Counted from the stretch's first letter, positions 45,791-57,104 are shown. The stretch: 64,000 nt of DNA from Clostridia bacterium (GCA_017410505.1 JAFQQR010000043.1:25391-89390); one strand, 5' to 3'. The notes: generated by a model from the letters alone, not told the origin. Program-made: numbers and translations.

Positions 45791-46096
45791 TTTTATTCAC
45801 TCCCCAAATTTATTCATAACAGGTAAATTATACAATTATATGCACTAAAATTCAATAGATTTTAAAAAAATTTACTTTACATTAAAAAATATCACAATTT
45901 CAACGGCCTATTCATAATAGATTATATTAAAAAAACAAAAAAATATTACAAAAAAATTTCCAACAAATAAAAAATAATAAAAAATGTAAAAAAAAGAAGG
46001 AAAAAAATTTTTTATGGAGAATAATAAAAATAGGTACATAAGAATAAACTAATATGTACAAAATAATAAAAACTTAAGGAAGGCGGGTGCACTAAA

Positions 46097-46369
46097 ATGC
46101 AAATAACAGATGTACGTTTAAGAAAAGTAAATTCAGAGAACAGAATGAAAGCTGTTGCTTCTGTAACATTCGATAACGAATTCGCAGTACATGATATTAA
46201 AGTTATCGAAAGCCAAAATGGATTATTCATAGCTATGCCTAGCAGAAAAACTCCAAACGGAGAATTCAGAGATATAGCTCATCCAATCAATGCTGAAACA
46301 AGAGAGAAAATTCAAAAAGCTATTTTAGAAGCTTATGAAGCTCCAGAAACAGAAGAATCAGCAGAATAA
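46097..46369 (+). CDS. spoVG: septation/sporulation protein SpoVG
   Basis: [11 protein letters not shown]......[19 protein letters not shown]...[10 protein letters not shown], the hallmark sequence. Confidence 0.93.
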   Translation: MQITDVRLRKVNSENRMKAVASVTFDNEFAVHDIKVIESQNGLFIAMPSRKTPNGEFRDIAHPINAETREKIQKAILEAYEAPETEESAE

Positions 46370-46530
46370 TTATAAAATAGAAAAGAATTAAAAGGCAAAC
46401 CTTTTAATTCTTTTTTTAAATCCATTCACCATATTTTTTAATATAAATCTTCTTAACAAATAAAGCAACAAAACAATATCCAGCAGAATTAAGTTTCTCA
46501 ATTTTTTTATAGCAACAGATTCACAAGTTA

Positions 46531-47508
46531 TTAAATAAGTTTTTCCAATATTTGAACAGCATTACTTGCAGCACCTTTACGTAAATTATCTGCAACTACC
46601 CACAAATTAATACCACTGCGAACACTAAAATCACGTCTAATTCTACCCACAAAAACATCATCATATCCATTAGCCTTTGTAGCTAAAGGATAATAATTTC
46701 GTTCAATATCATCCACCACAGTAATACCAGGTGAATTTTGCAACAAAATTTTAACATCATAAATATCAAAGCTATTTTCAAATTCAACATTAATACTTTC
46801 ACTATGGCAATTTAAAACAGGAACTCTAACAGTTGTAGCAGTGATAGGAAGAGAAGGTCTATTTAAAATTTTTCTAGTCTCATTAATCATTTTATATTCT
46901 TCCTTTGTATAACCATCCTGAACAAAATCATCAATATGAGGAATACAATTATTCAAAATAGGATAAGGAAATTTTTTAGGAGATATACCACTTTCTAAGT
47001 CCTCAATTCCAGCCTTACCAGCACCCGAAACAGCCTGATATGTTGAATAAACAATTCTTTTAATTTTATACCTATCATTTAAAGGCTTTAAAGCAACAAC
47101 AGCTTGAATTGTTGAACAATTAGGATTAGCTATAACCCCCTTATTTTCAAAAATCATTTCAGGATTTACTTCAGGAACAACCAAAGGTACATTTTTATTC
47201 ATCCTAAAAACACTACTATTATCAATCACCACACAATCATGAGCCACAGCTATTGGAACAAATTTTTCCGACACCGCACCACCTGCACAAAAAATTGCAT
47301 AATCAAAACCATAATCAAAAGAACATTCAGTAAGCTCCTGAATTATATAATTTTGCCCCAAAAATCTTAATTTACTACCAGCAGATTTCCTAGATGAAAA
47401 TAAAGTATATGTACAATTCTTAAAATTTCTTTCTTCCAAAACTTTCAAAACAGTCCTTCCAACCAATCCAGTACTACCCACAATTGCAACATTATATTTC
47501 GTCTTCAT
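46531..47508 (-). CDS. asd: aspartate-semialdehyde dehydrogenase
   Basis: VAIVGSTGLVG Rossmann motif and NPNCSTIQ active-site Cys motif. Start at the ATG preceded by GGAGGT. Confidence 0.92.
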   Translation of the reverse strand: MKTKYNVAIVGSTGLVGRTVLKVLEERNFKNCTYTLFSSRKSAGSKLRFLGQNYIIQELTECSFDYGFDYAIFCAGGAVSEKFVPIAVAHDCVVIDNSSVFRMNKNVPLVVPEVNPEMIFENKGVIANPNCSTIQAVVALKPLNDRYKIKRIVYSTYQAVSGAGKAGIEDLESGISPKKFPYPILNNCIPHIDDFVQDGYTKEEYKMINETRKILNRPSLPITATTVRVPVLNCHSESINVEFENSFDIYDVKILLQNSPGITVVDDIERNYYPLATKANGYDDVFVGRIRRDFSVRSGINLWVVADNLRKGAASNAVQILEKLI

Positions 47509-47580
47509 AAGAAATACCTCCACACTTTTTGTATTAATATATTAAAAAACAACAAAAAAGTTACAAAAAAATATAGAGTA

Positions 47581-47794
47581 GTTTAAAAAGTTGATAATTA
47601 TAAATATTTAAAAGTTCGACGTTCGATTGAAATGAAGAATAGAATTGATTAGGCTTTCTAATGAGGAATGCTCACGGTACTTGAGGGACGAAAGGGCCTG
47701 AGTGAGAGAGGCTCATTAGAAAGCTTTATCAAATCTTTCTGAATGCAATGAGTAGGAGAACTTTTAAATATTTATAATTATCAACTTTTTAAAC
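47581..47794. repeat. 214-bp palindromic element with the same architecture as family A but a different sequence
   Basis: 36-bp perfect inverted arms (47581-47616 / 47759-47794). Inner 13-bp stem gctttctaatgag / ctcattagaaagc. GC-rich apex containing GAGGGACGAAAGGG. Confidence 0.85.
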
Positions 47795-47811
47795 GGCCCA
47801 TTTCCAGTTAC

Positions 47812-47877
47812 AGTTCAGCACAAATACAGATACATATATATTAAAATTCCGTTCCTTACTGGTCAGACTAATCATAT
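47812..47877. repeat. 66-bp dispersed repeat, family B copy 2
   Basis: 3 mismatches to 20202-20267, in the same orientation. Confidence 0.75.
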
Positions 47878-48009
47878 GAGCAGAATGACTCCCATGCAAA
47901 AAATAAAAAAATCCGCAAAAAAAGTTGCATATTTTTAACAATAATAGTATAATAGAAAATGTGAGATAATAAATATAAAATAAAAAAAGAAAAAAAGAGA
48001 GGTAAAAAA

Positions 48010-49269
48010 ATGGATTATATTTATATACTAAGAGAAGCATTAGTATGGACAATAACAATATTCTGGCTATACCAAATAATGATAAGTCTATGCTCATTAG
48101 TAAAATTAAAAGAAAAACCATTAAAAGTAAAAAAAGATCATAGATTTATGGCAATAGTACCAGCACACAATGAAGAAGCAGTAATAGGAAATCTAGTAGA
48201 AAGTTTAAAAAATCAAAATTACAACAAAGATTTATACGACATCTATGTAATAGCCGACAACTGCACAGACAATACTGCAAGAGTAGCAAGGGAAGCCGGA
48301 GCAATAGTATATGAAAGATTTGATGAAACAAAAAAAACAAAAGGATATGCACTAGACTGGTTCTTACAACAAAAAATAAAAGAAGATGCACCATATGATG
48401 CAATATGCATATTTGATGCAGATAATATAGTAGATAAAAACTTCATAGCAGCAATGAATAAAAAACTATGCCAAGGAGAAGATGTAGTTCAAGGATATAG
48501 AGATATAAAAAATCCAACAGACAACTGGATTACATCAGGATATGCACTATTCTATTGGTCAATGCATAGATTCTATCATCTAGCTAGATACAATTTAGGA
48601 TTATCACCAATGTTAAACGGAACAGGATTCATGGTAAAATTTGATATCATAAAAGAAAATGACGGATGGAAGACTATAACATTAACAGAAGATATAGAAT
48701 TTTCATTACAAAGAATATTAAAAGGCAAGAGATTAGGATGGTCAACAGAAGCGATAGTATATGACGAACAACCAACAGGATTCAAACAAAGTTGGTCACA
48801 AAGAAGTAGATGGACAGTTGGACATATGCAATGCATGAAAGAATACACTAGCAAATTAGCAGAAGCAGCTCAAAAAAATAAAACAATGTTAAACGTAGAT
48901 GGTTTTCTATATATAATAGGAAGTATACCAATGTTTATAATAACAATTGTTTTATTAGCATCTAATTTTGTACTATATGCAGTAGATGGTATGACACAAA
49001 TGGAATTAATACTAAATATATTAAGATATTTAGTACCAACATTCGTATTACCATCATTAACAGCAGCATTTGTAATGCTATTAGATGGAAAACCAATAAA
49101 ACCTATGATAAAAGGATTATTCACATATCCATTATTTATGGGTTCATGGTTACTAATCAATTTCAAATGTTTATTTAAAAGAGAAACAACATGGGAAAAA
49201 ATTAACCATGTTAGAAGTATAAAAATAGATGAAGTAAATGACAGAATTGAAGAAGTAGAAAAAGTTTAA
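48010..49269 (+). CDS. GT2-family processive-type glycosyltransferase (membrane-bound)
   Basis: VPAHNEE, D.D/FDADN and QRSRW (Q-x-x-RW) motifs. TM helices at both ends. Confidence 0.8.
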   Translation: MDYIYILREALVWTITIFWLYQIMISLCSLVKLKEKPLKVKKDHRFMAIVPAHNEEAVIGNLVESLKNQNYNKDLYDIYVIADNCTDNTARVAREAGAIVYERFDETKKTKGYALDWFLQQKIKEDAPYDAICIFDADNIVDKNFIAAMNKKLCQGEDVVQGYRDIKNPTDNWITSGYALFYWSMHRFYHLARYNLGLSPMLNGTGFMVKFDIIKENDGWKTITLTEDIEFSLQRILKGKRLGWSTEAIVYDEQPTGFKQSWSQRSRWTVGHMQCMKEYTSKLAEAAQKNKTMLNVDGFLYIIGSIPMFIITIVLLASNFVLYAVDGMTQMELILNILRYLVPTFVLPSLTAAFVMLLDGKPIKPMIKGLFTYPLFMGSWLLINFKCLFKRETTWEKINHVRSIKIDEVNDRIEEVEKV

Positions 49270-49276
49270 AAAAGAC

Positions 49277-49305
49277 TTGCAATTTTGCTAAAAAATGGGT
49301 ATAAT
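49277..49305 (+). promoter_or_regulatory. promoter of the rimP-nusA-infB operon
   Basis: TTGCAA, 17 nt, TATAAT. Confidence 0.5.
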
Positions 49306-49332
49306 ATAAATATAAACATACGAGACATTAAA

Positions 49333-49364
49333 AGAGTGGGAACAAATCCCACTCTTAACTTTTG
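49333..49364 (+). promoter_or_regulatory. leader hairpin upstream of rimP (possible NusA-dependent attenuator)
   Basis: Stem agagtggga / tcccactct followed by taactttt. Confidence 0.35.
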
Positions 49365-49383
49365 GAAATAAAGGAGGTAAAAG

Positions 49384-49842
49384 TTGGCAAGTATTGAAGA
49401 AAAAGTAGAAAAAGTAGTAAAACCTATAATTGAAAAAATAGGTTATGAATTATATGATGTAGAATATGCAAAAGAAGGAAAAAATTACTTTTTAAGAATC
49501 TTTATAGATAACGAAAAAGGAATAGATATAAATGATTGTGAAAAAGTAAATGATGCAATAAATGATATATTAGATCAAGAAAATTACATCAAAGAGCAAT
49601 ATTTTTTAGAAGTATCATCACCAGGAATAGAAAGAATACTTAGAAAAGATAAGCATTTAGAACAAAACATCGGACAACAAATAAATGTAAAATTATTTAA
49701 AAAAGATGAAAATGGAATGAAAGAATATGTAGGAGAATTAAAAGAATTTGATGGACAAAACATCACAATTAAACAGGAAGAAAATCAAATTAAAATAGAA
49801 AGAAAAAATATTGCACAAATAAAAACAATATATAATTGGTAA
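49384..49842 (+). CDS. rimP: ribosome maturation factor RimP
   Basis: TTG start after AAGGAGG. ..L.DVEY.KEG....LRI.ID...GI...DCE.... LEVSSPG pattern. Confidence 0.88.
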   Translation: MASIEEKVEKVVKPIIEKIGYELYDVEYAKEGKNYFLRIFIDNEKGIDINDCEKVNDAINDILDQENYIKEQYFLEVSSPGIERILRKDKHLEQNIGQQINVKLFKKDENGMKEYVGELKEFDGQNITIKQEENQIKIERKNIAQIKTIYNW

Positions 49843-49930
49843 TATTAAATGTCTAAAAGGGACAGGTACAAATGGACAAAAATGTCCAAAAAGAAACGTC
49901 CCAAATGGACAAAAATAAGGAGGAATAAAA

Positions 49931-51046
49931 ATGAAAGCTATTGATAACAAAGAATTAATATTAGCATTAGAAGAATTAGAAAAAGAAAAAGGAATAAAAA
50001 AATCATATGTCATAGAATCAATAGAAACAGCGCTTGTTACAGCTTATAAAAGAAATTTTGATGCATTAGAAAATGTGAGAGTAGATATTGATAAAAATAC
50101 AGGAGCTACTCATTTATATGCAATTAAGGAAATAATGGAAAGAGCAAATGATGATGCTACTGAAATTAGTTTAGAAGAGGCACATAAAATTAATAAAGAT
50201 TTAAAATTAGGAGATACAGTAGAAGTAGAAATAGTACCAAAAGATTTTGGAAGAATTGCAGCTCAAACAGCAAAACAAGTAATTGTTCAAAAATTAAGAG
50301 AAGTTGAAAGAGACTTAATTTTTACAGAATATAGTGAAAGAAAAGGAGAAATAGTTTCAGGTATTATTCAAAAAGCTGATAAAAATATAGTAGTTGTTGA
50401 TTTAGGAAGAATAGAAGGAATAATGCTTTCTAAAGAACAAGTACCTACTGAAAAATATAGAGTAAATGATAAAATAAAAGCATATATAGTAGATGTAGAA
50501 AGAGGATTAAAAGGTGCACCACAAGTAATGATATCAAGAAGTCATCCTGATTTCGTTAGAAAATTATTAGAATTTGAAATACCAGAAATATATGAAGGTT
50601 TAATAGAAATTAAAAGCGTATCACGTGATGCAGGTTCAAGAAGTAAAGTTGCAGTATATTCGCCAGACCCTAATATAGATCCAGTTGGTTCTTGTGTAGG
50701 AGCAAAAGGTGTAAGAATTCAAAATATTATTAATGAATTAAATGGTGAAAAAATAGATGTAATAGAATGGGATGAAGATCCAAGTATATATATAGCATCA
50801 GCATTACTTCCAGCACAAATATTAGCTGTTGATATAAAAGAAGAAGATAAATTTGCAGAAGTAATAGTACCAGATGACCAATTATCATTGGCAATTGGAA
50901 AAGCGGGACAAAATGCTAGATTAGCAGCAAGACTTACAAATTGGAAAATAGATATAAAATCAGAATCTCAATATAGAAAGTTATTAGAAGAAAAGCAAAA
51001 TGAAGAAGAAATTTTAGAAGAAAGTTCAGAAGAGAATAAAGATTAA
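49931..51046 (+). CDS. nusA: transcription termination/antitermination factor NusA
   Basis: N-terminal domain, S1 domain, and two KH domains (GSCVG.KG.RIQ.I..EL.GEKID ; LSLAIGK.GQNARLAA.LT.WKIDI). Confidence 0.95.
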   Translation: MKAIDNKELILALEELEKEKGIKKSYVIESIETALVTAYKRNFDALENVRVDIDKNTGATHLYAIKEIMERANDDATEISLEEAHKINKDLKLGDTVEVEIVPKDFGRIAAQTAKQVIVQKLREVERDLIFTEYSERKGEIVSGIIQKADKNIVVVDLGRIEGIMLSKEQVPTEKYRVNDKIKAYIVDVERGLKGAPQVMISRSHPDFVRKLLEFEIPEIYEGLIEIKSVSRDAGSRSKVAVYSPDPNIDPVGSCVGAKGVRIQNIINELNGEKIDVIEWDEDPSIYIASALLPAQILAVDIKEEDKFAEVIVPDDQLSLAIGKAGQNARLAARLTNWKIDIKSESQYRKLLEEKQNEEEILEESSEENKD

Positions 51047-51095
51047 AGAAATAATAAATGGTTTCTAGACATAAATTAAAAGGAAGGTGTATGTT

Positions 51096-51356
51096 ATGAA
51101 AAAACAACCACAAAGAACATGCATGGGATGTAATCAAAAGAAAGATAAAAATCAATTAATAAGAATAGTAAAAAGTAAAGACAATGAAATATCAATAGAT
51201 AGAACAGGAAAAAAAGAGGGACGAGGAGCATATATCTGTGATGATGTAAAATGTTTAGAAAAACTTATAAAAAGCAAAAGACTAGAAAGAGTATTTGAAA
51301 TAACAATATCACAAGAAATTTATGAAAGTTTAAGAGGTGTAATTCTTGATAAATAG
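51096..51356 (+). CDS. ylxR: YlxR/RnpM-family RNA-binding protein (DUF448)
   Basis: RTCMGCN.K..K..LIR.V.......D..GK..GRGAY.C pattern. Confidence 0.85.
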   Translation: MKKQPQRTCMGCNQKKDKNQLIRIVKSKDNEISIDRTGKKEGRGAYICDDVKCLEKLIKSKRLERVFEITISQEIYESLRGVILDK

Positions 51357-51666
51357 TAAAATATTAGGATTAATAGGTTTAGCGATGAAAGCTGGAAAAG
51401 TATCTTTTGGAGCAGATAGTGTAGAAGAAAATATAGTGAAGAAAAAGGTAAAATTAGTAATAGTTTCAAAAGATAGTTCTGAAAGAACACGAAAAAAATT
51501 TGTTGATATATGTGAAAATTATAATATACCGATAATTATAGATGGGGATATTGAAAATTTAAGTAAAGCTATAGGGAAAAATAATAAAGCAATAATAGGA
51601 ATAAAAGATATAAACTTTGCAGATTCAATACAAAAAAAATACGATGGGGGTGATGTTATTGGGTAA
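51346..51666 (+). CDS. ylxQ: L7Ae-family ribosome-associated protein YlxQ
   Basis: [15 protein letters not shown] pattern. Conserved position between ylxR and infB. Confidence 0.8.
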   Translation: MINSKILGLIGLAMKAGKVSFGADSVEENIVKKKVKLVIVSKDSSERTRKKFVDICENYNIPIIIDGDIENLSKAIGKNNKAIIGIKDINFADSIQKKYDGGDVIG

Positions 51667-54562
51667 GATAAAAATATATGAAATAGCAAAAAAGCTAGGC
51701 TTAACCAGTAAAGATGTATTAGAGATGGCACAGAAATTGAATATAGACGTAAAGAGCCACATGAGTGGAGTAGAAGAAAGTGATGCTAAAAAAATAGAAA
51801 ACAGTTTTGCTAAAAAATCAGAAAAAGCCGTAACAAAAACAACAGCTATGCCTAAAAAAGAAGAAAAGGCGCCTGTTATTATAAGAAGAGAAGTTATAAT
51901 AACAGAAGAAAATAACAAAAAAAATGAAGACAGAAAAAATGATAAAAGGAACAATAATGTTGGATTTGTGGAAAGAAAACAAAATAAGGATTTTAATATA
52001 GTATATAGAAATAAACCCAATAAACCTAAAACAGTTAACGAATTATTTGGATTAAATAAGGAAAAGCCAAAAAAGGAAGAACCAAAGAGAGAAGAACCAG
52101 TAGAAAAAAATGAAAAAGAAGAAATTAAAAGACAAGGGGATAGTAATATAAAAATGCAATCAGGAGTAGCAGAAAAACAAATAAATAATAGTGATAAAGT
52201 ACAAAACGAAAGAGCACAAAATAATTTTAATAATAGAAACAATAAAAATTCTATGAATTCAAGTAAACAAAATAATTTTAATAATAGAAATAATTTTAAT
52301 AATAATAGAAATAATAATTATAGTAATTCAAACAATAGAAATAACAATAACAATTACAATAATTCAAATAACAATAGCAATAATAATTTTAGAAAAAATA
52401 ATAATTTTGGAAATAAAAATAACTATAATAACAACAATAATAATACAAACAGATTTAATAATAGAAGACCATTAGATGAAAAGGGAATAGAGAAAAATAT
52501 TAAAAATATTATAGCTGTTGATACAGTTGAAAAAGAAGTTGTAAGAGAATATAACAAAAATATAGATAAGCAAAAAGTAAACAATAAATTTGATGAAAAC
52601 AAAAATAAAAAATCTAAAGCAAGAAAAAATCAAAATAGTAGTTATGATGAAGGAAAATTAAAATCATTAAAACAAACTAATAAATTATCTAATATGTTTG
52701 ATGAACAAGATGGTGGAATGTTAGATTATTATGATTTAACAACCCAAAGAGGAAGAAAAGGAAAGAAAAAAGTAAACAAAGATGAAGAAAGAATCAAACA
52801 AAAAATATTCCAATTAACTGAAATAGAAATACCAGATTCAATAACAGTAAAAGATTTAGCTGCTGAAATGAAGAAAACAACAGCTGATGTAATTAAAAAA
52901 TTATTAGGATATGGAATAATGGCAACAATAAATCAAGAAGTTGATTTTGATACAGCATTTTTAGTTGCTGGAGAATTCGGAATTACAGCTAAAAAGAAAG
53001 AAACAGTAACAGACGAGGATATATTATTTGACGATTCTGAAGATAAAGAAGAAGAATTAGAAGAAAGACCACCAGTAGTTGTTGTTATGGGACACGTAGA
53101 CCATGGAAAAACATCATTATTAGACACAATAAGAAAAACAAACGTTATTGGAGGAGAAGCAGGTGGAATTACACAAGCAATAGGTGCTTATAAAGTTAAA
53201 ATAAATGATAGAGAAATAACATTTTTAGATACACCAGGACATGAAGCATTTACAGCAATGAGAGCAAGAGGAGCACAAATAACAGATATAGCAATATTAG
53301 TAGTAGCTGCAAATGATGGAATAATGCCACAAACAATAGAGGCTATAAACCATGCTAAATCAGCAGAAATACCTATAATAGTTGCAATAAACAAAATAGA
53401 TTTACCAGATGCTAATGTAGATAAAGTAAAACAAGAATTAATGAAATATGAATTAGTACCAGAAGAATGGGGAGGAGACACAATCTGTGTGCCAATATCT
53501 GCTAAAAACAATACAAACATAGACCAACTATTAGAAATGGTATTATTAGAAGCAGATGTATTAGAACTAAAAGCTAATCCACATAAACAATCAAAAGGTG
53601 TTGTTATAGAAGCAAGACTTGACAAATCAAGAGGAGCAATAGCAACAATGCTTGTACAAAGAGGAACACTAGATGTAGGTGACACAATAATAGTAGGTTC
53701 ATCAATAGGTAGAATAAGAGCAATGGTAAACGAAAAAGGTAAAAAAGTAAAAACAGCAGGACCATCAACACCAGTAGAAATAATGGGACTAACAGAAGTA
53801 CCAGAAGCTGGAGATATTTTCTATGAAGTAAAAGACGAAAAAACAGCAAAACATTTAATAGAAAAAAGAAAACGCGAAGCAAGAGAAAAAGCAATAAATT
53901 CAGGAACAAAAGTAACATTAGACAATTTATTCAGCCAAATGGAAGAAGGAAATCTAAAAACATTAAACCTAATAGTAAAAGCAGATGTTCAAGGATCAGT
54001 TGAAGCAGTGAAACAATCAATGGAAAAACTAAAAAATGAAGAAGTAAGAGTAAAAGTTATACACGCAGCACCAGGAGCAGTAAACGAATCAGATGTAACA
54101 CTTGCAAAAGTATCAAATGCAATAATAATAGCATTTAATGTAAGACCAATACCATCAGCAAAAGAAATGGCAGAAAAAGAAGAAGTACAAATAAGACAAT
54201 ATTCAATAATATATAAAGCAATAGAAGAAGTAGAACTAGCAATGAAAGGTATGCTAGATCCAAAATATGAAGAAAAAGTAATAGGAACAGCAGAAATAAG
54301 ACAAACATTCAAAATATCAAATGTTGGAACAATTGCAGGAAGCTATGTATTAACAGGAAAAGTTGAAAGAAATGCAGGAGTTAGAGTTATTAGAGACAAC
54401 GTAGTAATACATGAAGGAAAATTAGCAACATTAAAAAGATTTAAAGATGATGCAAAAGAAGTATCAAAAGGATTTGAATGTGGTATACAAATTGAAAATT
54501 ACAATGACATCAAAGAAGGAGATATCATTGAAGCATTTGTTATGGAAGAAATCAAAAGATAG
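51653..54562 (+). CDS. infB: translation initiation factor IF-2, with an Asn-rich insertion
   Basis: N-terminal IYEIAKKLG, GTPase G1 [17 protein letters not shown] and NKID. Start at the ATG overlapping the ylxQ 3' end. Confidence 0.95.
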   Translation: MLLGKIKIYEIAKKLGLTSKDVLEMAQKLNIDVKSHMSGVEESDAKKIENSFAKKSEKAVTKTTAMPKKEEKAPVIIRREVIITEENNKKNEDRKNDKRNNNVGFVERKQNKDFNIVYRNKPNKPKTVNELFGLNKEKPKKEEPKREEPVEKNEKEEIKRQGDSNIKMQSGVAEKQINNSDKVQNERAQNNFNNRNNKNSMNSSKQNNFNNRNNFNNNRNNNYSNSNNRNNNNNYNNSNNNSNNNFRKNNNFGNKNNYNNNNNNTNRFNNRRPLDEKGIEKNIKNIIAVDTVEKEVVREYNKNIDKQKVNNKFDENKNKKSKARKNQNSSYDEGKLKSLKQTNKLSNMFDEQDGGMLDYYDLTTQRGRKGKKKVNKDEERIKQKIFQLTEIEIPDSITVKDLAAEMKKTTADVIKKLLGYGIMATINQEVDFDTAFLVAGEFGITAKKKETVTDEDILFDDSEDKEEELEERPPVVVVMGHVDHGKTSLLDTIRKTNVIGGEAGGITQAIGAYKVKINDREITFLDTPGHEAFTAMRARGAQITDIAILVVAANDGIMPQTIEAINHAKSAEIPIIVAINKIDLPDANVDKVKQELMKYELVPEEWGGDTICVPISAKNNTNIDQLLEMVLLEADVLELKANPHKQSKGVVIEARLDKSRGAIATMLVQRGTLDVGDTIIVGSSIGRIRAMVNEKGKKVKTAGPSTPVEIMGLTEVPEAGDIFYEVKDEKTAKHLIEKRKREAREKAINSGTKVTLDNLFSQMEEGNLKTLNLIVKADVQGSVEAVKQSMEKLKNEEVRVKVIHAAPGAVNESDVTLAKVSNAIIIAFNVRPIPSAKEMAEKEEVQIRQYSIIYKAIEEVELAMKGMLDPKYEEKVIGTAEIRQTFKISNVGTIAGSYVLTGKVERNAGVRVIRDNVVIHEGKLATLKRFKDDAKEVSKGFECGIQIENYNDIKEGDIIEAFVMEEIKR

Positions 54563-54624
54563 GGATTTGGGACGTGTCTAAAATCCTATATAAAAAAACA
54601 GAATTATAAGAAAGGGTGAAATTT

Positions 54625-54984
54625 ATGCCAAGTAAAAACAACAATAGAATAGGGCGTATTGATGAAGAATACAGAAAAGAACTAAGTCAAATAATTGGTT
54701 ATGAATTAAAAAATCCAAATGTAACAGGAATGATAAGTGTTACAAAAGTAAAAGTAACACCTGACCTAAAATATGCAAAAGTTTATATAAGTATATTAAA
54801 TTCTAAAAACATAAAAGAAACAATGGAAGGACTAAAAAAATCATCTGGTTTTATAAGAAGTGAGCTTGCAAAAAGAATAAATTTAAGAAACACACCAGAA
54901 TTAATATTTGAAATAGATGATTCAATGGAATATGGAGCAAAAATAGATTCAATATTAAAAGAAATATTACCAGAAGAAAAATAG
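54625..54984 (+). CDS. rbfA: ribosome-binding factor A
   Basis: R..R..EE.+KE.S.II...LK.P...G.ISVT.V.V..DL..AKVY.S pattern. Confidence 0.9.
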   Translation: MPSKNNNRIGRIDEEYRKELSQIIGYELKNPNVTGMISVTKVKVTPDLKYAKVYISILNSKNIKETMEGLKKSSGFIRSELAKRINLRNTPELIFEIDDSMEYGAKIDSILKEILPEEK

Positions 54985-55059
54985 GGATTTGGGGACGTTT
55001 TAAAAATCCCCAATTTTTATAAAATAAAAATGGGTATTTTTAAAACGTCCCCAAATCCC
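54984..55059. repeat. inverted pair of GGGATTTGGGGACGTTTTAAAAA hairpin-family units between rbfA and nrnA
   Basis: 54984-55006 and its reverse complement 55037-55059. Related copies lie at 54562-54586 and 3818-3846. Confidence 0.8.
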
Positions 55060-55075
55060 AGAAAGGAAATAAAAT

Positions 55076-56032
55076 ATGACTTTAGATAATATAATTGAAG
55101 AAATAAAAAAAGCTGAAAGCATAGTAATATTAACGCATGAAACACCAGATGGAGATGCAATTGGAAGTAGCTTAGCTATGAAAGTAGCATTAAATCAACT
55201 AGGAAAAAATGCAGATGTAGTGATTAGAGAAGTTCCAAAAATATTTGACTTTTTACCATTTAGGAAAGAAATAAAATCAAATACAGATATAGAAAAATAT
55301 GATTTAGCTATAGCATTAGATTGTGCTGATTTTAAAAGATTAGTAGGAAATGAATATTTTGAAAAAGCAAAACAAACAATTGTAATAGATCATCATGGAA
55401 GTAATAAAATGTATGGAGATATTAATTTTGTAAATCCAGTAGCACCAGCATGCTGCCAAATATTAATAGGAATGTTTCAATATTTTGATATAAACATAGA
55501 TAAAGAATTAGGAACATGTATATTAACAGGAATAATAACAGATACAGGAGGATTTAGATATTCAGGAGTAACTCCAGAAACATTTGAATTCACAGCAGAA
55601 TTGTTAGAAAAAGGTGTAAATGTATCAGATATATATAAAAGAGTATTAGAAACTAAAACTAAAGCAAATTTTGAATTAATGAAAAGAACAATAGACAGAA
55701 TGGAATTTTTAGAAGATGGAAAAGTTACATTTACATACATAACAAATAAAGATTTAGAAGAAGTAAATGCAGGAATTGGAGACCATGAAGGATTAGTAGA
55801 AACAGGAAGAGATATAGAAGGAGTAGAAGTTTCTGTATTCATTAGACAAAAGGATAATGATGAAGATGTTTATAAAGTATCAATGCGTTCTAATGACTAT
55901 GTTAATGTTTCCGATGTATGCTTAATGTTTGGCGGAGGCGGACATGAGAAAGCAGCAGGAGCTGTTGTCCAAGGTAATATTGAGCAAGTAAAACAAAAAA
56001 TACTAAATGAATTAAAAAAAGTTTTAAAATAG
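55076..56032 (+). CDS. nrnA: DHH/DHHA1 phosphoesterase NrnA (oligoribonuclease / pAp phosphatase)
   Basis: H..PDGDA.GS, DHH (VIDHHGSN) and GGGGH motifs. Confidence 0.88.
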   Translation: MTLDNIIEEIKKAESIVILTHETPDGDAIGSSLAMKVALNQLGKNADVVIREVPKIFDFLPFRKEIKSNTDIEKYDLAIALDCADFKRLVGNEYFEKAKQTIVIDHHGSNKMYGDINFVNPVAPACCQILIGMFQYFDINIDKELGTCILTGIITDTGGFRYSGVTPETFEFTAELLEKGVNVSDIYKRVLETKTKANFELMKRTIDRMEFLEDGKVTFTYITNKDLEEVNAGIGDHEGLVETGRDIEGVEVSVFIRQKDNDEDVYKVSMRSNDYVNVSDVCLMFGGGGHEKAAGAVVQGNIEQVKQKILNELKKVLK

Positions 56033-56140
56033 AAAGATGCCAATAGGGGGAACTCTGCTAAGGAGAACGCCCTTTTTTGGTAACTTGAATTTAATCTGCT
56101 AAAAAGGACAATTTCTTTGGTAGATTTAGAAAGGTAAAAG

Positions 56141-57022
56141 ATGAACGGAATAATAATTATAGATAAGAAAAAAGGATGTACTTCACATGATATAGTATAT
56201 AAAATTAAAAAAATATTTAATCAAAAAGTAGGGCACACTGGAACTTTAGATCCAATGGCAGAAGGTGTTTTACCGATATTAATAGGAAAAGGAACACAAT
56301 GTTCAAAATATTTAATGAACCATGATAAAAAATATAATGTAAAGCTTCAATTAGGAATAAAGACAGATAGTGCAGATAGTGAAGGAAAAGTAATAGAAGA
56401 AAAAGAAGTAAATTCTAATCTATTAACTGAAGAAAATATTGCAAATATATTAAAAACATTTATAGGAAAACAAGAACAAATTCCTCCAATATATTCAGCC
56501 ATAAAAGTAAATGGAAAAAAATTATATGAATATGCAAGAAAAGGACAAGAAGTTGAATTAAAACCAAGACAGATAGAAATCTATAATATTGAGTTAATAA
56601 AATATTTATCAGAAGAAAAACAAATAGAATTTGAAGTTTTTTGTGGAAAAGGTACATATATAAGAAGCTTATGTGAAGATATAGCAAATAAATTTGAGAC
56701 AGTTGGATATATGAGAGAATTAAAAAGAATACAGGTCGGGGATTTCACAATAGAAGAAAGCATAACAATAGATGAATTAGAAAAAAATATAGAAGATACT
56801 AATTTTATTGATGAGAAAATTATTTCAATAGAAAAATTATTTGAGGATAAGCCAATTATAAAATTAGAAAAAAGGAAAATTGATTTATTGTTAAATGGTG
56901 TAAAATTGACACAAAATTTTGATGATGGGATTTATAGAATTTATGATGATGAAGATATTTTTGTGGGGATTGGGGTTATAGAACGACATTTATTAAAAAG
57001 AGATATTATAATGACAGAATAG
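56141..57022 (+). CDS. truB: tRNA pseudouridine(55) synthase
   Basis: GHTGTLDP catalytic Asp motif and P.YSA.K..GK.LYE.AR.G. Confidence 0.93.
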   Translation: MNGIIIIDKKKGCTSHDIVYKIKKIFNQKVGHTGTLDPMAEGVLPILIGKGTQCSKYLMNHDKKYNVKLQLGIKTDSADSEGKVIEEKEVNSNLLTEENIANILKTFIGKQEQIPPIYSAIKVNGKKLYEYARKGQEVELKPRQIEIYNIELIKYLSEEKQIEFEVFCGKGTYIRSLCEDIANKFETVGYMRELKRIQVGDFTIEESITIDELEKNIEDTNFIDEKIISIEKLFEDKPIIKLEKRKIDLLLNGVKLTQNFDDGIYRIYDDEDIFVGIGVIERHLLKRDIIMTE

Positions 57023-57104
57023 TAAAATTTCCCTAAAATACTTGAAAAAAAGGCAAAAACAATGTAAAATATATAAGTAAAATTATAAAAAGAGGTAATT
57101 GAAA

